From Opitutales bacterium (GTDB taxonomy: Bacteria; Verrucomicrobiota; Verrucomicrobiia; Opitutales; PNEW01), in NCBI GenBank assembly GCA_965197745.1, contig CBDANS010000007.1:1920001-1984000 (forward strand): a stretch of 64,000 bases of DNA. Direction: 5' to 3'. Positions 10,992 to 20,399 of the stretch are shown one piece after another. The translations under genes and the position numbers were made by a program. Numbering within the stretch: the stretch's first letter is position 1; every line of letters starts with the position of its first letter. The notes below the pieces were generated by a model that was not told where the DNA came from, ran no database searches, and saw only the letters and a list, made by a program, of their open reading frames with translations.

Positions 10992-12260
10992 TTAACGAAT
11001 CATTCCTGCGGCAACAGTCTCGTTGGTAAACTCATCAATTAGAATTATACTGCCCATTATGCGGTTTCGACGATAACTATCGTAGAGTAAGGGACTGGAA
11101 GTCCGAAGAATGACACGTCCGATATCATTAAGACCGATATCACGGTCATTCTCTAATTTATGCAGCGTGTTAATATTTATTTTATAACTTATATTTTTCA
11201 CCAGGGTTTTTACTTCCCGCGTCGTATGTCGCAGAATGTATTTGCCATTCGGCTCAAGTTTTTTCTTCTCCGAGAACCAACACAGCATGATGTCTATATC
11301 TTGCCCCACCCTGGGTTTGTTATTCGGTTTTGCGAGGACATCACCGCGACTTATATCCAATTCGTCTTCCAGGGTTACGGAGACAGATAACGGAGAGAAT
11401 GCTTCATCTAAATCACCATTGATAGAGTGTATCCCCTTAATACGTGAGCTGAATCCGGAAGGCATCACAACTATTTCATCTCCCGGTTTGAATACTCCGC
11501 CAGCGATGCGTCCGGCATAGCCGCGAAAATCGTGGTAATCATTGGAATGGGGTCTTATCACCCATTGAATGGGGAGTCGGGGATCAACCTGGTTGGCATC
11601 AGGGCCAATGTAAACGTGATCCAGATGATAGAGAAGGGTAGATCCGTCATACCATGGCATGCGTTCAGATTTTTCTACAACATTATCTCCATGTAATGCG
11701 CTTATAGGAATAAAAGTCATGTCGGAAATATCCATGCGGGAGGCGAAATCGGTAAAATCACTCATAATTATGTGGAATACCTCTTCACTATAATCAACAA
11801 GATCCATTTTATTAATACAAATGGCCAAATGTTGTATTCTCAAGAGGGAGGCAATAAATGTATGGCGACAGGTTTGTTCGACCACCCCGTTGCGAGTATC
11901 GATAAGGATGATCGCTAAGTTTGCGTTCGACGCTCCGGTAACCATATTCCGTGTGTATTGGATATGTCCTGGCGTATCCGCTATAATAAATTTTCGTCGC
12001 GGAGTGGCGAAGTAACGATAGGCTACATCGATTGTTATACCCTGCTCACGCTCTGCTCTAAGACCGTCCGTTAGTAATGCCAGATTTACATAATCGTCAC
12101 CCCGTTTCTTACTGGTCCTTTCAATGGCATCAAGCTGGTCCTCAAAAATTGTTTTTGTATCGAATAGTAATCGACCGATGAGAGTGCTTTTCCCATCGTC
12201 AACGCTACCCGCAGTGGTAAAGCGCAGGAGATCCATATCAAGGTATGAGTGATCGTTCAT
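10992..12260 (-). CDS. cysN: Sulfate adenylyltransferase subunit 1 (GTPase)
   Basis: GSVDDGKST, EREQGITIDVAY, DTPGH and NKMD motifs. Confidence 0.97.
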   Translation of the reverse strand: MNDHSYLDMDLLRFTTAGSVDDGKSTLIGRLLFDTKTIFEDQLDAIERTSKKRGDDYVNLALLTDGLRAEREQGITIDVAYRYFATPRRKFIIADTPGHIQYTRNMVTGASNANLAIILIDTRNGVVEQTCRHTFIASLLRIQHLAICINKMDLVDYSEEVFHIIMSDFTDFASRMDISDMTFIPISALHGDNVVEKSERMPWYDGSTLLYHLDHVYIGPDANQVDPRLPIQWVIRPHSNDYHDFRGYAGRIAGGVFKPGDEIVVMPSGFSSRIKGIHSINGDLDEAFSPLSVSVTLEDELDISRGDVLAKPNNKPRVGQDIDIMLCWFSEKKKLEPNGKYILRHTTREVKTLVKNISYKININTLHKLENDRDIGLNDIGRVILRTSSPLLYDSYRRNRIMGSIILIDEFTNETVAAGMIR

Positions 12261-12310
12261 ATAAAACTAATTTATCCTCTTAGGTATGAATTCCATTATA
12301 TTATCGGACC

Positions 12311-13219
12311 TCAAAAATAACCATCTCGCTTTCGATCTTCCATCGCTGTTTCGGAACGTTTATCATCGGCACGCCCTCCCCGCTCGGTAATTCTTGCCGC
12401 TGCAACTTCCCTGATAATAGCTTCCACATCGCCTGCTTCCGATTCTATTGCACCGGTGCAGGTGGCATCACCCACCGTTCGAAATCGAACATTCAGGCAT
12501 TCAGTCTTTTCACCGGCTTGCAGTGAAATAAAATCAGTGGCGGCCAGTATCACCCCCTCACGCTTTACTACCTCACGCTTATGGGAAAAATAGATGGTCG
12601 GTATTTTTAAATTTTCCATCGCGATATATTGCCATACATCCATCTCTGTCCAGTTGCTTAATGGAAAAATGCGGAAATGCTCTCCCATATTTTTCCGCCC
12701 ATTATAAAGACTCCAAAGCTCCGGTCTTTGGTTTTTAGGGTCCCACTGACCAAATTCATCACGGTGAGAAAAAATTCGCTCTTTCGCTCTCGCCTTTTCT
12801 TCATCGCGGCGGGCACCGCCAATAGCTGCATCAATATTGTTTTCCTTGATGGTGTCGAGAAGGGTTATCGTTTGTATCGCATTGCGGCTCGCGTTTGGCC
12901 CCTTCTCTTCAATAGCACGCCCATTATCGATAGATGCTTGCACCCTTCCGACTACCAGACGGGCGCCTATTTCATTTACCAGTTGATCACGGAACTCAAT
13001 AGTTTCATGAAAATTATGCCCTGTGTCTATGTGCAGCAAGGGGAATGGCAACTTCGCCGGCCAAAACGCTTTTTGGGCTAGACGTGTAACAACAATCGAG
13101 TCTTTTCCACCTGAAAAAAGAAGCACTGGATTTTGAAACTGAGCCGCGATTTCTCTTAATATATAAATTGCTTCGGACTCGAGATGATTAAGGTGGTTTA
13201 CAGAATAAGAATAATGCAT
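12311..13219 (-). CDS. cysD: Sulfate adenylyltransferase subunit 2
   Basis: SGGKDS, GGARRDEEKARAKER, VRFRTVG and C-terminal RKRDGYF. Confidence 0.97.
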   Translation of the reverse strand: MHYSYSVNHLNHLESEAIYILREIAAQFQNPVLLFSGGKDSIVVTRLAQKAFWPAKLPFPLLHIDTGHNFHETIEFRDQLVNEIGARLVVGRVQASIDNGRAIEEKGPNASRNAIQTITLLDTIKENNIDAAIGGARRDEEKARAKERIFSHRDEFGQWDPKNQRPELWSLYNGRKNMGEHFRIFPLSNWTEMDVWQYIAMENLKIPTIYFSHKREVVKREGVILAATDFISLQAGEKTECLNVRFRTVGDATCTGAIESEAGDVEAIIREVAAARITERGGRADDKRSETAMEDRKRDGYF

Positions 13220-13293
13220 GCGATCAGTTTCATAGAATTAATATAAAATTTTTAAAAATATTGAAGGACAACAAACAATGAAAATGAAATATC

Positions 13294-13899
13294 TCAAGAA
13301 TATTTGATCTGGTTAATTATTCTGGTATAGAGAATTTCTAGACACTCCTCGAGGCTACATTTTTCAGTATCGAGTGTGAGATCGGCTTGCGCCGGTTCCT
13401 CAAAAGCCGAATCCTTTCCCGTAAATTGCTTTATCGCACCGGATTCCGCCTTCGCGTAGAGTCCTTTCACGTCACGGGAGGCACAGACATCAAAAGGGCA
13501 TCTGACATAAACTTCACAGAAATTTTCTTCGCCGATTATCTTTCTGGCTAATTCGCGTAGTGCTAGCCTGGGGGTGATAAATGCAGTAATTGTCACTAAA
13601 CCGGCATTGAGAAATAATTTAGCCACTTCCGCAATGCGTCGGATATTTTCTTCACGATCCTCATCAGAAAATCCCAGATTATTATTTAAACCTGCGCGGA
13701 TATTATCACCGTCCAGGATTTGCGTTAAATAACCATCCTCGTTAAGTCGACGTTCCAGGGTATCAGCAATAGTACTTTTCCCTGATCCCGATAACCCATA
13801 TAACCAGACTACATAGCCATGTTGTTTGAGGAGTATTTCCTTATCTCTTTTAATCAGCATCTGCTTAAATTGAGGATGGATGTTCTCTGGTGTGGTCAT
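13294..13899 (-). CDS. cysC: Adenylylsulfate kinase
   Basis: GLSGSGKST P-loop, LDGDNIR, DREENIRR and RDVKGLY. Confidence 0.97.
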   Translation of the reverse strand: MTTPENIHPQFKQMLIKRDKEILLKQHGYVVWLYGLSGSGKSTIADTLERRLNEDGYLTQILDGDNIRAGLNNNLGFSDEDREENIRRIAEVAKLFLNAGLVTITAFITPRLALRELARKIIGEENFCEVYVRCPFDVCASRDVKGLYAKAESGAIKQFTGKDSAFEEPAQADLTLDTEKCSLEECLEILYTRIINQIKYS

Positions 13900-14110
13900 C
13901 TTTTATAGTTTAAATGTAATAATTAAAAAATCCTTATATTATCATATAATGGATATAACGATAGTTAAATTTAAGTAATTCAGGTTACGATTACCCCTCC
14001 ATAGGAATTAGAAATAGCATGCAGAAATGAAGCTCAGAGTGTCATCCCGTAGACTACTGCATGCCCTTGATAAACAAACTGAGCAACAGCATAGGCCGCA
14101 GCCTTACTCC

Positions 14111-14827
14111 TTAAATCTGAAAATCAATAATATTTGTAGACTCATGAAGTCCGCATTCACGCTTCACTCCATTAAATCTGGTCTCTTCAGAAATCATCCC
14201 CGCTTTAAGTTTACTGGTGCTATGCCAATCACCCAGCGAAACATATCTAGCATCCTTTAAGGGGTGATAAGGTAAATTATGCTTTTGCATGTAATTATCA
14301 ATGTCCCCGTCATTCCAATCAATAATGGGATGAAACTTTAATATGTTGTTCTGCTCTTTGATTACATTAAGTGATTGCCGCGACTTCGCCTGATCGCGTC
14401 GCAATCCAACCATCCACGCATTTGCTTCCAATTCCACAAGGGCCCGATTCATCGGCTCAATTTTACGGGTAAAATTATATTGCCTTAAACTGTCCTCCCC
14501 CTGTTCCCATAATCGACCGTTAAGTGATTCCTGCTCTGCTGCGCTCATCAAGGGATGATATTTTTCCAAATTGATATTAAATCGTTCACACAGCTCTCGG
14601 GCATAGCGATAAGTATCGGCAAAAAGATAGCCTGTATCGATGAAAATTACGGGGATTTGGGGGTAGATACTTGTTGCCAGATGAAGCATAACCGGCGATT
14701 GAATGCCAAAACTCGTGCTCACAACCAGTTTATCAGAAAAATTCTCGTACGCCCAGGCTATCCGATCTAACGACTTAAGTGATTCCAGATCAATAGTTTG
14801 TTCTTCTATGGATTTGACTTCCAGCAT
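14111..14827 (-). CDS. cysH: PAPS reductase (Fe-S-free, E. coli type)
   Basis: SFG, DTGY, GLRRDQ and C-terminal ECGLH. It lacks the CC...CxxC cluster ligands of APS reductases (YNFTRK in place of CC..RK), consistent with the adjacent cysC. Confidence 0.93.
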   Translation of the reverse strand: MLEVKSIEEQTIDLESLKSLDRIAWAYENFSDKLVVSTSFGIQSPVMLHLATSIYPQIPVIFIDTGYLFADTYRYARELCERFNINLEKYHPLMSAAEQESLNGRLWEQGEDSLRQYNFTRKIEPMNRALVELEANAWMVGLRRDQAKSRQSLNVIKEQNNILKFHPIIDWNDGDIDNYMQKHNLPYHPLKDARYVSLGDWHSTSKLKAGMISEETRFNGVKRECGLHESTNIIDFQI

Positions 14828-14852
14828 CAGTTTCAGGTCTTAATCTTAAAAT

Positions 14853-14900
14853 AATACTATCTTTAGTATTTTAGGTTATATACTTAAGATAATATGTCAA
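14853..14900 (-). promoter_or_regulatory. Candidate operator palindrome and -35 box upstream of cysHCDN
   Basis: Perfect AATACTA-N4-TAGTATT at 14853-14870; TTGACA on the minus strand at 14895-14900. Confidence 0.4.
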
Positions 14901-14966
14901 GACCAGGGGCGTAATTAAGTAAAATTGGATTGAGAAATTGCGGCATTAACCCTGCCACTCCTGGCT

Positions 14967-16076
14967 TTAATATTCAATAAAGCTCAGGTCGAGAGGAACG
15001 GTGACGCAAAGATTCTCTTCATTCATAACACGAACTTCACGATGATTATCCCCCGGTACAATTTCAGTAACCATGCCAAAATCTCGTGGGACCTGGTGCA
15101 CCGCTTGAATCAACCTGATTGATGTTGAGCGAGAACGCGAGAAATGCCGAGTCGTTGCAATTCCACGTTTTTGCAGTGGGTTTTTACGAGACAAAGCCAA
15201 CCAATCGAAGTAGGTATTTACTTCTTCGAGCCCAACACGATTGCGATGTCTCCCACACCAAGGCGCCTGGTGTCGTCCCCCATTCGTAAACCAAAACAGG
15301 GTGCTTGGGAGGACTTTCGTGTTCTTCAAGCTGAACCAGATATAACCGTCCATCGTTGCCGCAGTCCAGGCAAAATCTTTTTTTTTGTTCGCAATCATGA
15401 CCAAATCTTCATATCCGGGGCGAGCGGGACAATTGTGCAAGGAGGTAAAACCACCATTGGCTAAAGCCACCTTGCCCAATGATTTGAATTTAGCACCCGT
15501 TTTTAATGCGCTGTATTCACCGTTTGCAGGATTCGCAAACGGCTTAGGGCAGACTTCACCATAGATAAAAGGACTGACATTGATAAAATAGGGCCCTCCT
15601 TTATCGGGAAATTGGAGAATAGCGTGGTGACCATAGTTATAGTGGCCTTGAACTCCATCGATAATGTGCTCCTGGTAAACAGCACGTTGCCCCTGTTTTA
15701 AGGATATTCGCTTGGTAATCTTACCTTTCAGATGTTTAAGAGGTAACTGCAACTCTATGCTGTGCACATTACTTTTCACGTACCGCCATTTTAAATTAGC
15801 GGTGTCTCCATGAACAAAGGGGATGCCCTTGTTCATACCAAAGGGAAAGCAAAAAAAATCACCACGCAGCATTCTCTCTATGGGAGGAAATTCCCGTGAA
15901 AGATCATTGGGCTTCCAAGGTGGCAGGGAAAAAGGTGACACCCAGCGGTGTTTCAACTTAAAACTTACGGGAGCTAGATGGCCCCCGATTTCAGTTAAAT
16001 AAAATTCAACCTTGTCACTGGAAATCCAGAAACTCGAAGCTCCGTGTATTACTGTTTTAATATTGGGGACACGCAT
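14967..16076 (-). CDS. Conserved hypothetical protein, possibly galactose mutarotase-like fold
   Basis: 369-aa ORF with RGDFFCFPFG, HG, GHH, NGGR..APW and GLEE motifs spaced like aldose-1-epimerase catalytic residues. Confidence 0.6.
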   Translation of the reverse strand: MRVPNIKTVIHGASSFWISSDKVEFYLTEIGGHLAPVSFKLKHRWVSPFSLPPWKPNDLSREFPPIERMLRGDFFCFPFGMNKGIPFVHGDTANLKWRYVKSNVHSIELQLPLKHLKGKITKRISLKQGQRAVYQEHIIDGVQGHYNYGHHAILQFPDKGGPYFINVSPFIYGEVCPKPFANPANGEYSALKTGAKFKSLGKVALANGGFTSLHNCPARPGYEDLVMIANKKKDFAWTAATMDGYIWFSLKNTKVLPSTLFWFTNGGRHQAPWCGRHRNRVGLEEVNTYFDWLALSRKNPLQKRGIATTRHFSRSRSTSIRLIQAVHQVPRDFGMVTEIVPGDNHREVRVMNEENLCVTVPLDLSFIEY

Positions 16077-16481
16077 TGCATTATAGGGAGCAGCAGCTCT
16101 GATAATCCCAAAGCGGATAAATGATTACAAGATTTATGGACATAAAGATCAGGGTTTAGGTCCGAGTATTTACTATTTCTCTTATAATTAACAGGGTGAG
16201 ATTATCAGAGTAAAATTTAAAATGCGGTAATATTATTGTCATTTGAATACCGGACGCATGCCCCGGATCCACGGCCATAATTGCCCCCGGCGAACCGGAT
16301 GACGAATAGAATAGCCACTTTTATATCGTGACACAGGAGGAATGAAAATTTATACTCTCGACCCCATATGTTCATTTATTTTATTTTTATGATGAAATAA
16401 ATAGGGCTCGAAACACTACTATCACTCCCTTTTTTATATTATATCCCCCTCTTCTTAGATTATAGATTTATAGGTTAAGGA

Positions 16482-17591
16482 ATGGAAATTAAATCACACC
16501 CTTTTTTTGAACATATCGCACCCGGGCAGCGCGATGATTTAATCCAATGCGCAGTTATTGAAGATTACCCGCCTGACACCCTAATTTTTGAGGAAGGAAG
16601 CCGTTCAGATGGTATCTACCTCGTTATTGAAGGTGCAGTCGCCTTTAGTAAAAAAACCCCTGAAGATAAGTTCAGGACCGTTAGTTACTCTACCGCTGGT
16701 AATTTCTTTGGTGAGATCGGCTTATTCACGGGACAGACGCGTTCATCACGTGCTGAATCAAGAGGGACCGTAAAGCTCGCGAAAATCCCGAGCGACCATC
16801 TTTTGAAATTTATAAAAAATACCCCGGGTCCAATCGAAAACATTTTGCAAAGTATAGTCACCCATCTACATGATACCACCCAGCACTATATCGAGGACTT
16901 ACTGGAGCAGGAAAAATTGGCCATCGTAGGCAACATGATGAATACCATTATTCATGATTTTAAAAATCCATTCTGTTTAATCAGTCTCGGCGCTCAACTG
17001 ATCATGCAACAACACACGGATGATAAAACCCAAAAATTGTGTATTAATATAGAAGAGCAAGTCCAGAGGATGGTTGATATGGCAGAGGAATTGGCCCAAT
17101 TCTCCAGAGGTCAGCATCAGTTGAACCCGGAAAATATTAATATCAGAAAACTCCTGGAGCGATTTGAAGCATTGAATTTTCCATTCTTTCAAAATGATAG
17201 AATTAAAATCGAGATAGCCGTCCCGGATATTAATATTGAAGCAGAAGAAAATAAACTGTTACGGGTATTACAAAATCTCGTCGGTAACGCTATAGACGCC
17301 TTTGAAGAGAATCCGGGACATATCAGTATAACCGGTGGGGTTGAAGGGGAAACCCTAAATCTTGAAATCAATGACAACGGTAAAGGTATCCCCAAAGAAA
17401 TTCGTGAGCATTTTTTCGATCCTTTTGTCACTTATGGCAAAAGCCACGGAACGGGTTTAGGGAGCGCTATCGCCAAATCTATAATCGAAGCCCACATGGG
17501 GACAATCAGGTTTGAGACGGAAACCGGAAAAGGAACAACATTTTATATTAATCTGCCCGTAAAACAACAGGAAGTGGCCAATGTCGCTTGA
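16482..17591 (+). CDS. Soluble histidine kinase with N-terminal cyclic-nucleotide-binding domain
   Basis: cNMP cassette FGEIGLFTGQTRSS; H-box IIHDFKNP; N-box NLVGNA; DNGKGI; GTGLG. No TM segment. Confidence 0.92.
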   Translation: MEIKSHPFFEHIAPGQRDDLIQCAVIEDYPPDTLIFEEGSRSDGIYLVIEGAVAFSKKTPEDKFRTVSYSTAGNFFGEIGLFTGQTRSSRAESRGTVKLAKIPSDHLLKFIKNTPGPIENILQSIVTHLHDTTQHYIEDLLEQEKLAIVGNMMNTIIHDFKNPFCLISLGAQLIMQQHTDDKTQKLCINIEEQVQRMVDMAEELAQFSRGQHQLNPENINIRKLLERFEALNFPFFQNDRIKIEIAVPDINIEAEENKLLRVLQNLVGNAIDAFEENPGHISITGGVEGETLNLEINDNGKGIPKEIREHFFDPFVTYGKSHGTGLGSAIAKSIIEAHMGTIRFETETGKGTTFYINLPVKQQEVANVA

Positions 17592-17606
17592 TCAATTTCC
17601 CCTTAA

Positions 17607-17621
17607 AGCGGGTTTTCCGCT
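17607..17621. terminator. Short hairpin between convergent genes, possible terminator
   Basis: AGCGG-GTTTT-CCGCT lies between the kinase and TonB receptor stop codons. Confidence 0.3.
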
Positions 17622-17625
17622 CTTC

Positions 17626-20010
17626 CTAAAAAGATAAATTTACCCGGCCCTCCATGCGAAAGGGCAATTCACGGAAGATGAGAAGATTGTTAACAAATGG
17701 ATCTCCATTGTGTACCCAATTTATCTCATCAGTGATATTGTAAAAGACAACTTCCGCTTTCCATTTTGGTTTTTCATAAGTAACTGCCGCGTTTAAAGAG
17801 AACTGAGTGGGGATACGAAATTCGGCATCGAGATTACCTATTTGCTCGCTTTCTAAAGACCCCCATAGCCTGAGTCCAATTCCTTTCGATGGGCTATAGC
17901 TACTTCCTGCATTTAATATCCAACGAGAGAGACCGGGGATTCTCCAATCACCCGGAGGCGCCTGGTTAACACCGGGAAACGACTCAAATCCCACACCGGT
18001 GCCGCGACCTTCAGGGCCCATTCCCTCGGCGTAAAAATCAAAAATCGAACGTCCCCCGTATTGAAAAGGAGCTGTATTTTGATAGTGACCTTCCGTAAAT
18101 GAAAGATTCGTATAGAAGTAGAAATCCTCATTGGGTTGATAGACACTTTCCAGTTCCAGACCTTGCACCCGTATATCGTTTTTCCCGCCGCGCGTCTCCA
18201 CTCGCTTTCTGTCCTGAGAAAATGCCGTTAATCCGACAAAAAGTTTATTCTCATAAAAACTGAACCGAGCCCCTCCTTCATATAGATCACTTCGATTATT
18301 AAAATCATCCCCGTCGATTTGACTATTAAATAAAAATATACCCCCACCGGTTACACTCCCATTGACCGCGCCGGTGCGATTATAAGTAAGGTAAATGGTT
18401 GATGAACTACTCGGTTTAAAAGTGAGACTGACATGGCCTCCAAAATGATGGAAGTCGTGATTGTCGTTCCAGGCCAATCCACCCGCTGGTGGCAGAGGGT
18501 CGGTGACGTCCGCATAAAATGAGTCTCCGCGAATTCCATAAAGAATGGACCATTGATCGGTGAGTGAAAACTCATGCTGCCAGAAGAGTCCAATATTCCA
18601 TAAGTTCGAATGTATGGTTTCCGGACTGAACATTTCTGCTCCGAAAAATGGTCTTCCCCCAGGTCCCGGCAACCCCGGAAAGTAGGAATCGCTGAACTGC
18701 TCACGCATGTTAAAATCAGGAGGATTCTGAGTGATATCGAAATTAAAAAAATACTCATTGAAAAAATTCACGTATGTCTCGCGTTTCTCGTAACGGACAG
18801 AAACTCCCGTGATCATTTCATGCCTTTGTCCCCATAAATCACTGCTGAAGTTAAATTCGGATCGGTTATCCCAGGTAAATTGATTGACGTATTCTATATA
18901 CTCCAGTTCATGAAATCGACGTCGATTGATGTGCTCAATCATACTTCTGTTAGTGAAAGACAAATCTTCCTCTTCGTTTAACGTCGATATGAGCTGTGCG
19001 TGAAACCCGTTGGAATTACTGAAATCATCATTGGAAAATAGTGTGTCTGCAGGTTTAATCTCAGTCGTTCCACTCGGGGTCAGGAACCAGGGTTCAACCC
19101 CAGGTCCTCCGATATCATCAAGGTTTCCCGTGTAATATACAGCATGATCAATAAGCTCTTGCGAGGGGCGGTTCACCCCCAATTGTTGTGGTATGGCCTG
19201 CCAGCTGTACTGGGCATTGAAATCAAGTTTTAGCTCACTACTGGGTTTCCAGGTGAGTGCAATAAAAATGTCCTGACGGTCATCTCGGGCACCATTGTCA
19301 TGGTAAATAGTTTCATTTTCCTGACCGGTATAACTGAAACGCCAGGCCAATGTATCTTCGACAAGGGGTTGATTGAAATCAATACGCCACAGGCTGCTGA
19401 AAAACGAATCATTGTCGGGAATCCAAGTGCCAAAACGCATATGTATATTCGTGCGTGCCTCCTCAAAATAGGGTTGTTTCGAATTATAATTTAGATACCC
19501 GCCGCTGTAAAAACCAGGACCGTATACCGCCGATCCGGGCCCTCGCGCAATGTCTACTGACTCCACAAAATTAAAACCGTGTGGTACTCCGAAGATATTT
19601 GCGCTGCGTCGCTGCCCATTTATATAAGTCTCGGATATGTCACCGCGTATGTTCGGCGTGGTTAGGTTTCCAAAACTTGAAGGGGCATAGGCGCTGGGAC
19701 TGAATGAGATTATTTCATCCACTGATTCAACCCCCCGATCACGAAGAAGCGCTTCGTTGACAAGACTCACTCCACGAGGGGTATCGAGGATATTGCGGCG
19801 GTCCCCAAACAGCGATGTTACTGAACGCGCCAATGGATTAATCGAATCATCATAGGCCACCCCCTTCACGATAAATTCATCCAGGGTATGAACGGCTTCA
19901 CGAGAATCTGCATTTTGGGCAATCGCTGAAACAGTCATGTAAAAAAGCGCGGGGATCATCGCGAGCGCTCTTTTATGCGATTTTTTAACTGTTAAAAGCT
20001 GACTTCTCAT
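17626..20010 (-). CDS. TonB-dependent receptor, probably for thiamine or a thiamine precursor
   Basis: Signal peptide, TonB-box-like LDEFIVKG, plug motifs (NIRG, VDIARGPGSAVYG) and C-terminal Phe. Lies downstream of a TPP riboswitch. Start at the ATG at 20010 after AGGGG. Confidence 0.9.
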   Translation of the reverse strand: MRSQLLTVKKSHKRALAMIPALFYMTVSAIAQNADSREAVHTLDEFIVKGVAYDDSINPLARSVTSLFGDRRNILDTPRGVSLVNEALLRDRGVESVDEIISFSPSAYAPSSFGNLTTPNIRGDISETYINGQRRSANIFGVPHGFNFVESVDIARGPGSAVYGPGFYSGGYLNYNSKQPYFEEARTNIHMRFGTWIPDNDSFFSSLWRIDFNQPLVEDTLAWRFSYTGQENETIYHDNGARDDRQDIFIALTWKPSSELKLDFNAQYSWQAIPQQLGVNRPSQELIDHAVYYTGNLDDIGGPGVEPWFLTPSGTTEIKPADTLFSNDDFSNSNGFHAQLISTLNEEEDLSFTNRSMIEHINRRRFHELEYIEYVNQFTWDNRSEFNFSSDLWGQRHEMITGVSVRYEKRETYVNFFNEYFFNFDITQNPPDFNMREQFSDSYFPGLPGPGGRPFFGAEMFSPETIHSNLWNIGLFWQHEFSLTDQWSILYGIRGDSFYADVTDPLPPAGGLAWNDNHDFHHFGGHVSLTFKPSSSSTIYLTYNRTGAVNGSVTGGGIFLFNSQIDGDDFNNRSDLYEGGARFSFYENKLFVGLTAFSQDRKRVETRGGKNDIRVQGLELESVYQPNEDFYFYTNLSFTEGHYQNTAPFQYGGRSIFDFYAEGMGPEGRGTGVGFESFPGVNQAPPGDWRIPGLSRWILNAGSSYSPSKGIGLRLWGSLESEQIGNLDAEFRIPTQFSLNAAVTYEKPKWKAEVVFYNITDEINWVHNGDPFVNNLLIFRELPFRMEGRVNLSF

Positions 20011-20061
20011 ATGTCCCCTGGAGGTCACTCCAACCAAGGACATACAGCTTCAACGATTACA

Positions 20062-20157
20062 CCATAGTTCCTCCGCCGGCATGACCCGGATCAGGTTCAG
20101 TGGGTAGCAGAACCGATCGTGCTCCAATCTCAGCCCCACGCGAAGGACTCCCCATAG
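20062..20157 (-). ncRNA. TPP (THI-box) riboswitch aptamer
   Basis: Minus strand reads CTATGGGGAGTCC...GGGCTGAGA...ACCCACTGAACCTGATCCGGGTCATGCCGGCGGAGGAACTATGG, matching the UGAGA, ACCUGAU and GCG..GGA core of TPP riboswitches. Confidence 0.93.
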
Positions 20158-20399
20158 AAATATATAAGTTATCTAAGCAAAATATTATCTAATATCAACT
20201 CCTATTCTTTATCTTTGCAGATAAAATAGCTCTATCATCACTGAATTCACCCATCGTGCTGAACTACGGGACCCATTTTAACCGGTTAAAGCGTCAATAT
20301 AATCAAACTCATCTAAATACCATCAGGATCTTAATGATTCAGGATACAGCGATATGACCTGATGCCCTATAGAAATAAAATTCAGGCATAAACTGAATA

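Noticed and set aside
13990..14075. SAM-I riboswitch call from TTATCAAG...CTAATTCC on the minus strand
   Set aside because: The P2 kink-turn and GCAACC core are absent; kept only as a generic structure candidate.
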